Part shown: in pieces, positions 1 to 7,059 of the stretch
Layout: each line of letters starts with the position of its first letter
Position numbering within the stretch: position 1 is the stretch's first letter
Assembly (NCBI GenBank): GCA_051294375.1
Contig: JBJCIZ010000628.1
Location: 1-7,059, forward strand
Source: Paraspadella gotoi
Taxonomy: Eukaryota; Animalia; Chaetognatha
Direction of reading: 5' to 3'
Length of the DNA: 7,059 nt
Program-made: the position numbers and the translations under genes
Notes under the pieces: model-generated
What the model was told of the DNA's origin: nothing
Databases searched by the model: none
What the model saw: only the letters and a program-made list of their open reading frames with translations

Positions 1-338
1 TCTTGACTTGACTTGGCATCGGTGAAGAATGCTCGATTGCTTGTTAGCTAAAAAATGGAAATATAATTATTTTAGAACTCTATTATATTATGCTTAAACC
101 TTTTTGAACACAATTTAACACTATTTTGATATAATAAGGAAAAATGGATTCTCACAAAAGAGTGCATCCCCATAACCAAAGCTGAATAATGGTTAAACTT
201 CTTTAAATAATAAAATTTTAAAGTATTACTATTAATTAATTAGTTAAAATATTACTATAAATCATGTTAATCATTAACATCCTCCTCCTTTCCTTCCGTC
301 TCAACTTCATAATTCTTGACACATTAACCTTTTCTTCG

Positions 339-368
339 TCTCTCTCTCTCTCTCTTTCTCTCTCTCTC
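339..368. repeat. (TC)n microsatellite
   Basis: tctctctctctctctctttctctctctctc read directly; one interruption. Confidence 0.95.
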
Positions 369-879
369 ACTCATACATGCGTTTGTTTTGTTGATGATGA
401 ATGACTTATCGCGTTAATGAATGACTATCATTGCATCAATCATTCGTTTTTTGTCTAGATTTTTTTAATTAATTTTCTTTAATAGTAACATCTGGCGAGA
501 TCACAATTCTTTTAAGATTTTTTATATAGAAATGAAAGAGATTTTTTCCTTGAAAACGATATAAACGTTACTGAGGTATGTTTCTGTTCAACAAATGACA
601 TCAAATTCAGGAATCCTCTGGCTAAATATCTGAAGGGCTCTCAAAATTTTTTTTTACATTTTATTTGGTTATATTAATATGATACAATCATGATAAGTCA
701 TTTTTGTTAAAATTTTTAATGAAACAAAAAGTAAAAGGAAAGAAAAGAAAACATTGGAATTCTAAGAGTTTTCAACCGGTAGTCAGATTCAGAAAAACTC
801 TTTTATGGTAAAAAATCTTTCATAAAAGAGGTTGATTTTCCGAAGATTTTGGGTAATATTTTCTATATTCATGTTCGGA

Positions 880-1255
880 TTTTTATCGAGCCTGCCGGCA
901 AAGCCGGTCAGGGCTCGAGTAAGTTTCGGTTGAGCTTCTTTGTGACGTCGTCGTTATCGTCGGCGTCACGCTTTTTTCTATAAAAACTATTACGGTTTTA
1001 TAGTTTTGGCTATTTATTCCGCGTTTTTTTCTCAATACAAAATCCTACATTTACATTCGAGATTTTCGTGGATTTATTTTAGATAAAAGGAACATAACTC
1101 ATACGGCAGAAATGTTACTCTAATTTTAAATTTGTAAATAGAACATAAATTACATTATTTGCAATAACATTAAATGTCACATGTGAATCAGTTAATGTGA
1201 AAGGCAGGCGATACCTACTATATAACCGGCAATTTCGCCAAATAATTTTTTTGTT
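880..1255. mobile_element. Candidate non-autonomous Helentron (HINE / DINE-1-like element)
   Basis: Seen: T-run, then tatcgagcctgcc (884-896), whose reverse complement nearly matches ggcagg--cgata (1203-1213), giving subterminal inverted repeats. A nested hairpin overlaps the left subTIR (tcgagcc 886-892 / ggctcga 912-918, inner ccggc-aaa-gccgg). A (GTC)n-like microsatellite follows at 946-967. After the right subTIR come a short ggc..gcc hairpin (1228-1239) and ttgttttt. Knowledge: this layout is typical of Helentron-associated interspersed elements. Family assignment is inference. Confidence 0.6.
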
Positions 1256-1682
1256 TTTTTTTCGTTTTTTTTAAGAATTTTTTTTTGTAAGTAAAACGAT
1301 AATAATAATAATTAAATTGCATGTATGACTATGAAAAAAAATTTGTTTTTATTTATTATTGTAACTTTGGACCGATCAGCCCACTCTTAACAAATTGTAT
1401 CTAAAATAGGAGTCGAGAAGAGAGATATAGTCAAATTAAACATTACTTTTTTTTATTCTGATAATTTTTACTATTATTAAATTTATAAATATTATTAGTG
1501 TATATATTTAATCATTTTTATCTTTTTTTAAAATAATAATTATTGAATGTTTGGATTTCTCAAAAGGGCGAACGAATGTCGATGAAATTTAATTGATAAG
1601 AATAATTTTTAGAAACTGTTAACTTACGTAAGACTTTGTACCATTAATATGGAAAGACTGAATATGTATTTATGCCCATATG

Positions 1683-1688
1683 TTTATT
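1683..1688 (-). promoter_or_regulatory. Candidate poly(A) signal of the fucosyltransferase gene
   Basis: First AATAAA I found on the minus strand after the stop codon (~285 nt downstream). The region is very AT-rich, so chance occurrence is likely. Confidence 0.25.
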
Positions 1689-1972
1689 GTTCAAGTGCCT
1701 TTTTTTCTGGTTTTTTTTTTTGATTCACTGTGCAGAGGTCAGAAACATTAAAAATCTTTTATGATAAGAATAATTTTAGGAATGGATAGATTTTCTGAAA
1801 ATGTTTTTTGATATATACTTAAAACTTAACATTAACAATGTCACCATTATTTTACATTGGCCGGTATAAGAATATATTAAAGAAACTGTTTTTTTTGTCA
1901 GAGTTTAGTCCTATGTAAAAACACACAATTTTGAGAGTGTTTCGTGTTTTCTCCTTGTAATTGATGTATAAA

Positions 1973-2787
1973 TTATCCCCACCAGATTAAATGCGGGAAA
2001 CAGTCCTTCTCCAGAGACCAGAAATCCTTGATCCTCTTATGCCACTTAACCCCTTCATCCCGGTGCAGCTTGTCACAGAGTCTACAGAATCCCGGATTGA
2101 TGTTGTGATGGTCTCCCTCCAGCACCTCCCAATCCTTTCTCCATGCATGATACTTGTTGTAGAGGTTATCGTCGGCTGCCACCTTTTTCAAATACACAGC
2201 CAGATCCTCTGGCTTGAAACGGCGAGCATCAATGAAGGCGCCAGGTGGGGCATCAACGTCATAATTGGCGCCACCCATCACGATCGGCACTGTCGTTGTT
2301 CGACTGAGGATCTTCCACATTTTGTCGGTGATGTAGTCACGGCAAAGATGATTTTCGAATCCAAGATAAAACTTGTAATCGTGGATGAGAGTTTGAAGGC
2401 AGTCGACATCACGATTGCGTGGGCACGTCTTGGTTCCACAAGCGCCGTATATGTCCACTTGGATGTGCTTGCGCAAACGCTCGACATACTTCTCCCTCTT
2501 GCTCGGAGGATGGCAGTGGCTGACAAGCCAGGCAACCATCTTGGTCTTGTTCTTTGCATAGTCTTTATGGATGTAAGCCTTGCTTGCTTCTTGACTCTTT
2601 CTCGACGTCCATGCATGCGGGTTTGGGATGTCGCTGTCGTATCGGTAGGTCATGGTCCAGTTGAATGCCGGGCCCAAAACATCAGAGTTGAAATTCGGTC
2701 CAAGGTTGGAAAATGTGTAAGGCGGCGGCTCAAGGTTGTAAAAGATCCACCGCTGGCCAGGCCGTTTTCTTGCGGGGAAGTCAAAAC
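1973..2787 (-). CDS. Alpha-1,3/4-fucosyltransferase (glycosyltransferase family 10), terminal coding exon; N-terminal exon(s) not in window
   Basis: The frame extends 36 codons upstream of the TTG-called ORF (FDFPARKRPGQRWIFYNLEPPPY...). GT10 motifs: QRWIFYNLEPP, FNWTMTYRYDSDI, VAWLVSHC, REKYVERL, VDIYGACG, YKFYLGFENHLCRDYITDKMW, VPIVMG, APPGAFID, LYNKYHAWR, FCRLC. Ends in TAA at 1973-1975. No signal anchor/TM segment is present, consistent with a spliced gene. Confidence 0.93.
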
Positions 2788-2800
2788 CTGGATAAATAAT
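2788..2800 (-). promoter_or_regulatory. 3' splice acceptor of the fucosyltransferase exon (phase 1)
   Basis: Minus strand attatttatccag|gt ttt gac ttc. Composition switches from AT-rich to GC-balanced here. Upstream there is an in-frame TAA at ~2840 and no in-frame ATG. Confidence 0.7.
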
Positions 2801-2876
2801 TCCATGAGAATTTATGAATAAATGAATGAATAAATGCTTTTATTAAAAAAGTTTTGTATCTAGGAGTGACATATTG

Positions 2877-3035
2877 TTTTCAGTTTTTTTTTAGTTTTTT
2901 TTCATTTTTTTTTCTTTCTTCTATTTTATTTTTTCCCTTTTTTTTCTTTTTTAATTTTTTTTATTTGTTTTTCTTTTTTCTTTTTCAGTTTTTTCTTTTT
3001 TTCTTCTGTTTTAGTTCTTTTTTTCTATTTTTTTC
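2877..3035 (-). repeat. Degenerate poly(A) tract at the 3' end of the PLE
   Basis: ~160 nt T-rich tract on +. It begins exactly where homology between the two pLTR copies ends (…cttctactaa), ~40 nt past the poly(A) signal. Confidence 0.7.
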
Positions 3036-3616
3036 TTAGTAGAAGAAGTTTGAATTTTGTTTTACAAACAACGAGTGTTATTGGTAAACATTAAGGGGGA
3101 CGTTTAATAGCCCTTGTTTTCGGCTGTAATTACAAGCCTTCTCAGCGCCATTGGAGAAAAATTGTTTGTGAATTTTACAAATATTATTGTGCAAAGGAAA
3201 AGTAAGAGAGAGAGAGAGAGGGAGACAGACAGGATGGGCAAAGTTTCCAACACAGAGTTGAGAAAAGAATAGTGGTCAGATGTGGGACAGGTTAAGGTTG
3301 AAGACAGATTGAGCTAGATTGTGAAAGAAATTAAGTGGTGAAAATTTTTGGAGAGAGAGAGAGAGACAGATGAGAGAGAGAGAGAGAGAAAAAGAAACAT
3401 TAGAAACAATACATTGTGCAATGTACAACAGAAGATAAATGATTTAAACTAAACAGTGAAATAATTATTTTAACAATTTAAACTACTTAATAAATAATTG
3501 AGTTATGAAACAGTGAAATTGAAATGGTGGAAAAGAAAGGGGAATAAAGTTTGCGAAGATATTTAATGTGTGGGAAAGTGAATATTTAAGAATTAGAAAG
3601 AGGCCTTCAAAATGAG
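3036..3616 (-). repeat. Pseudo-LTR / 3' UTR copy A (left arm of inverted repeat)
   Basis: Reverse complement of 4566-5115 over its whole length. Examples: ttagtagaagaagtt / aacttcttctactaa; aaacaatacattgtgcaatgtacaacag / ctgttgtacattgcacaatgtattgttt; gaaaagaatagtggtcagatgtg / cacatctgaccactattcttttc. Contains (GA)n runs at ~3205-3230 and ~3351-3389. Confidence 0.95.
3095..3152 (-). ncRNA. Hammerhead-ribozyme-like motif (degenerate copy)
   Basis: Minus strand tggcg CTGA-GA a GGCTTGTAATTACAGCC GAAAAC aagggctattaaacgtcc. One base is missing from CUGANGA, GAAA and stem II are intact, and stem III is garbled. Confidence 0.55.
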
Positions 3617-4069
3617 CTGGCCCCCTTTGGTTTGGAGCAAAATGAAATGGGCAGTGAGTGAGATGTGTTAGAGGTCATTGGCGTCGTCAGTGGCGCGAGA
3701 GGTCATATCGTTGAGCCTGTTATGTGATGGACTAGGTAGGCTTCCTGCGGAAAGAGTCCAAAGGCTTACCCTGATGTCTCTCTGCCTGGTACGCCTGTCG
3801 ACTGCCCTTTCTTCTCGTCTGCTGGCGAGATGGGTGGTTGTCCTTTCCATGCCGCTTTGCAAACATGGGTTTTGTTGGAACTCCTCCCCTTCCTCTGCCA
3901 GCCGCCTTTCTTTAGGTGGGCGCTTACTCCAAGAGAGATGGGAGTGAGTTGGCTGCATGTTGAAGGGGAGGCATCGTTTTGCCCCATTTGCCTGTGCAAA
4001 GGTCTCCCCTTTGTTTCAGTTGAGTAGAAACAGGGGAGTCATTGTGGCCGACGTGGTGGGCGCGGGCCT

Positions 4070-4570
4070 CCACTACGCTTTTGATAAGCGTAGTGGAGAT
4101 CGAATCATCCTCCATCACGATTTCAAAGAAGGTGCTCGAGGGCTTTGATATAGATCGCTCTCTAATACCTCTTTGAGAACCAGTTCGGGTATGGGACAGC
4201 ACGAGGACAGTCTGACTCTCTAAATAGATGGCCAGTATTTTGCTGTATGTTCAGCTACCGCAGATAAGATAATGTCCTTCTTCGCATCATTGATAAGGTT
4301 TCGTTGTGTGCTGAAAGCGGTCTGTTAAAGACTTGCCTGCTTCACGCCCACGTATAGCTGTTGCACAGGCTTGGTTGCCCGCCTGAACAGGCCGCCCAAT
4401 AGACGGCTCCTGATGTTTCGGTCTGGGGATTTTTTATCTTTCGCGTTTCACAAATTGCTCTCGTAGAGAACGCAGTCGTCACTGAGGTGTGAGATCCCCT
4501 GCTTTGCCAGCACCCGCCACAATGACTCAGTGATCCCCTGGTGGTAGGGGAGGGACAGGTTGACCCTCAT
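4070..4570 (-). pseudogene. PLE linker plus GIY-YIG endonuclease, frameshifted
   Basis: Hand translation across indels: VNLSLPYHQGITESLWRVLAKQGIS…KDK…ETSGAVYWAAC (GAVY 4399-4410)…C…YVG (4346-4354)-EAGKSLTDRF…SAVAEHT..TGHLF…WF-QRGIRE-AIYIKAL..PSL-NRDGG. The CCHH residues typical of PLE endonucleases are present. Confidence 0.9.
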
Positions 4571-5016
4571 TTTTTAGCTCTTCTTAATTCTTAATTTCAC
4601 TTTCCACATTAATATCTTTCCAAACTTAATTCTCCCCTTTCCTTTCACATTTCAATTTTTTCACTGTTCATTACTCAATTATTTATTAAGTAGTTTATTA
4701 GTTTAAAATATTTATTTCACTGTTAGTTAAATCCATTATCTCTGTTGTACATTGCACAATGTATTGTTTCTAAGTGTTTCTTTCTTTCTCTCTCTCTGTC
4801 TCTGCTCTCTCTCTCTCCATCAAAAAAAAATTTTTTCACCACTTAATTTCTTTTCACCAATCTATCTCAATTCTGTCTTCACCTTAAACCTGTCCTTCAC
4901 ATCTGACCACTATTCTTTTCTTAACTCTGTGTTGGAACTTTGCCCTCTCTCTGTCTCCCTCTTTCTCTCTCTTACTTTTCCTTTGCACAAATAAGTTGTA
5001 AAATTCACAATTTTCT

Positions 5017-5067
5017 ATGGCACTGAAGAAGGCTTGTAATTTAAAGCCAAAACATGTACGTCCCTAT
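5017..5067 (+). ncRNA. Minimal type I hammerhead-ribozyme-like motif
   Basis: atggca CTGAAGA (5023-5029) a GGCT..AGCC (stem II, 5031-5048) aAAA C ATGT A cgtcc. Stem III is the palindrome ACATGT and the putative cleavage triplet is GUA. The G of GAAA is A in this copy but G in copy A. Minimal hammerheads in pLTRs are an established PLE feature. Confidence 0.65.
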
Positions 5068-5072
5068 GTACC

Positions 5073-5078
5073 AATAAA
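5073..5078 (+). promoter_or_regulatory. PLE poly(A) signal AATAAA
   Basis: Lies just downstream of the hammerhead-like motif and 37 nt before the pLTR end. The homologous position in copy A reads AATAAC (3077-3082, minus). Confidence 0.7.
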
Positions 5079-5147
5079 ATCGTTGTTGTAAACAAATTCG
5101 AACTTCTTCTACTAATTCAAACACAACAAAACGAAAGGAAATTTGCG

Positions 5148-5387
5148 ATGCCTAATACTCAATTATCTCGTCCTAACAAAGCGTCTATCAATAAACTGTC
5201 CCGTCTTTCAAAAGCTATTGCAAGGTGGTCAAACCACCTTCACTTCTCCCTCTCATGTCGCACCTATGGCGTCTTCCCGGATGCCCTTCAAGTCCGTACC
5301 AACACAACAGGAGAAAAGGCCCTACGAATCATAGAACGCGCCAAATGCAGTCTCCTATCCGGATTTATCGACCGATGCCATGCCAAT
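5148..5387 (+). pseudogene. N-terminal ~80 codons of the PLE ORF (inverted fragment)
   Basis: MPNTQLSRPNKASINKLSRLSKAIARWSNHLHFSLSCRTYGVFPDALQVRTNTTGEKALRIIERAKCSLL…IDRCH fits the Penelope/Poseidon N-terminal pattern NHLxFxxxCxxxxhhPxxL…AxxIhxxAxxxLL. It directly follows the pLTR. The last ~11 codons of the called ORF are antisense RT sequence. Confidence 0.8.
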
Positions 5388-7059
5388 GGAGTCGACGGAA
5401 TCAATATAGCCCTTCTTGGTTAAGGGATCTGACCGTGGGCTAGCTTGTGAAAGACAAGGGGCATGAGAAATCGAAGGGAATGTATTGGTCTGTGGTGTGA
5501 GTTTGCGAGTATACTGAGAATTCCAATGAGCCGCCCTCTTTGCGCTTTATAAGCACATCGAGCATTGGAATCGACCCATTCACCTCTTTTTCACATGTCA
5601 CCTTGATGCTCACATGAATGCTGTTCCAAATGGTTTCAGTAAGTCCCTCAATGAGGGTCTTTGCGCACGGCCATAATAGGTATCGCTTGCTTTCCGATTT
5701 ACAGAAGAGGATAGACTCTGCCCCATGCAATGTATCGAAAAAAGGCCAAAGCTTCCACTCATAGTCCTCCATATAGAATCTGCCAGAGGACTTTTGATTG
5801 TTCGACCTTGCCCATCCCTAAGCCACCAGGCTGGCGTAGTACTGTCCATCCGAACCTGAAGTACGCCAGTTTCCAGGTCGAGCCGCACCCAGTGCCCATT
5901 GATGTCATTTCAATTGGATTGGCGTACGCTCTGTGTAATTGTCCGGTCTTCCTTCAGCGCGCGTCTGCTGATTTTAACGCCCATTCCTGAGGAATATTTG
6001 TAAACCATGCTGGGTTAAATTCACACAGGAGGACCAAGCAATGACTATCGGGCACTTTTATAAACTGTGTTTGCAACTTTTCCGTCAGATCGACAGAGTT
6101 CGGAGGTCCGGTGTTGCTTACAACCGAGTGGAGTGAGGATGCGCCCCAACTCCTTTCGTCATTCCATTAAAATGGAATTGCGCTGTGCGATACGATCGGG
6201 CGTAACGGTTAGATCGCGGCTTATGTACCTTCTGGTTGCACGACAGAACAAAGGTAGGCTGCGTTGAGTCAGGGTTGGACTCTGTGAAATACTGACGGTG
6301 GGGACAGTACTCACGTATTTCTTTTCGTTACCGTCTGAATCCGAGCTCTGCTAAGCGAAGAGTTGGATCCTTAGATAGGAGATGGTATGTTTTCTATCTG
6401 ATCATTTGCAAAACTTTGTTTGTAGTCCATGCTGGGCGTCCATAACTTAACGCAGCTCTTCCCTGTCGCGGATGAACCATGGATTGCCTGATTACGCTTG
6501 AGTGAAGCAATGCTTGCATTCACTCGCTTACCGACATTTGGCGGGGGCGGAGCCCTCTTGGCAGGTGAGGATCCGCGCCGCCCGCTGCCCAAAGGCGTTG
6601 CCGCCGCTTCGGGCCGTTTGACGAAAGCTTTCGCCTCCTGTTCTCAATTCGCCGACAATGGGTCAATGCGGCCTATATTAATAGGATGTTGGGAACAAAA
6701 GATAAGCCCTTACGTAACACAGAATCTTCTCATTTGCTGAGTGTTGTTAATGAGGAGGCATTGACGAGCAACGTTCTTGCCGGTCCGGATTTCTCGGTCC
6801 GTTTAGATGGGAAACAGTTCGTTTTCGCTGGCTGGGTTTCGTCTCTATCTATTCCTTGGACGAGTTTATCATGTAAATGACCCGTTGGAAGCCTCTCCAT
6901 GCTGGCCTTTTGGCGCTCCTTCGTTGCCGGAAGAGCTATGGCGACGTGCGATCCTCGATTCGCTGGCGCCAGAAAACAGTAGCGGAATCGCTTGAGGTAG
7001 AAGGCGATTCAGCGCTTCGTGAGACCGTCGTTGATCCGCAGCGAAGGCGCTCGCCAGAT
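5381..7059 (-). pseudogene. PLE N-terminal domain (part), reverse transcriptase and thumb, heavily frameshifted
   Basis: Motifs in the expected order across indels: TKERQK (~6920), LVNASS..VLRKGLSFVP (~6690-6770), PPPPN..SLKRNQ, GKSCV.MD, KTYHLLSKDPT (~6361-6395), KVHKP..LRPIVS (~6190-6232), KELGRILTPL, NSVDLTEKL, CLV..TSM-FTNIP (motif A, ~5990-6045), GLGMG..SPLAD.YMEDYE (motif B, ~5760-5825), NSIH..IKVTCEKEVNGSIPMLDVLIKR..GSLEFSVY..THTTDQYIPF, HKLA-TVRSL-TRRAILIPST. Confidence 0.92.

Larger units (their letters stand above)
4566..5115 (+). repeat. Pseudo-LTR copy B (right arm of inverted repeat)
   Basis: Inverted copy of 3036-3616. It is followed by a 32-nt leader and the ATG of the PLE ORF rather than by poly(A). 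Confidence 0.95.
2877..7059 (-). mobile_element. Penelope-like retroelement (Penelope/Poseidon type), rearranged, extends beyond right edge
   Basis: RT followed by a C-terminal GIY-YIG endonuclease, pseudo-LTRs with a hammerhead-like motif, and a short RT-EN linker lacking the Neptune-type zinc finger. Component features are listed separately. Confidence 0.92.

Noticed and set aside
396-426. Direct repeat atgaatgact, and similar (ATGA)n at ~2814-2836
   Set aside because: Short simple-sequence repeats expected in AT-rich DNA.
2278-2616. 112-aa minus-strand ORF
   Set aside because: Alternative frame inside the GT10 exon, with no independent support.
2675-2677. Called start of the 234-aa ORF
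   Set aside because: It is a TTG (Leu) codon; GT10 homology continues upstream to a splice acceptor at 2788.
1991-2821. 276-aa plus-strand ORF
   Set aside because: Antisense shadow of the fucosyltransferase exon, with no recognisable motifs.
2854-3039. Phe-rich 61-aa ORF resembling a membrane peptide or the missing TM anchor
   Set aside because: Translation of the poly(T) tract, and on the wrong strand for the gene.
4752-4994. 80-aa Leu/Ser-rich ORF
   Set aside because: Produced by (CT)n runs in the non-coding pLTR.
3036-5115. DNA transposon with long TIRs, or LTR retrotransposon
   Set aside because: The interior encodes a GIY-YIG domain rather than a DDE transposase or integrase. The repeats carry PLE hammerhead and poly(A) features and lack TG…CA ends, PBS or an evident TSD.
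5381-6500. Bacterial RT system (retron, group II intron, DGR) or CRISPR-linked RT
   Set aside because: The motifs and downstream GIY-YIG domain are PLE-type, the context is eukaryotic, and no repeat-spacer array is seen.
5730-6995. Several short plus-strand ORFs
   Set aside because: Antisense to the frameshifted PLE RT and N-terminal coding region.

Overview
AT-rich eukaryotic (probably invertebrate) genomic DNA. On the minus strand lies the intact terminal coding exon (1973-2787) of a GT10 alpha-1,3/4-fucosyltransferase. Upstream of it, inside the presumed intron and on the same strand, is a rearranged Penelope-like retroelement (PLE, Penelope/Poseidon type; 2877 to beyond 7059). Its N-terminal domain, reverse transcriptase, thumb, linker and GIY-YIG endonuclease can be read by eye through many 1-nt indels. 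The element has two ~550-580 bp pseudo-LTR copies in inverted orientation (3036-3616 and 4566-5115). Each copy carries a hammerhead-ribozyme-like motif followed by a poly(A) signal. One copy ends in a ~160 nt degenerate poly(A) tract. The other reads on into the ORF start and sits, inverted, in the middle of the element's own ORF. A candidate non-autonomous Helentron (HINE/DINE-1-like) element lies at ~880-1255. Translations across frameshifts were done by hand, and no alignments or searches were run.
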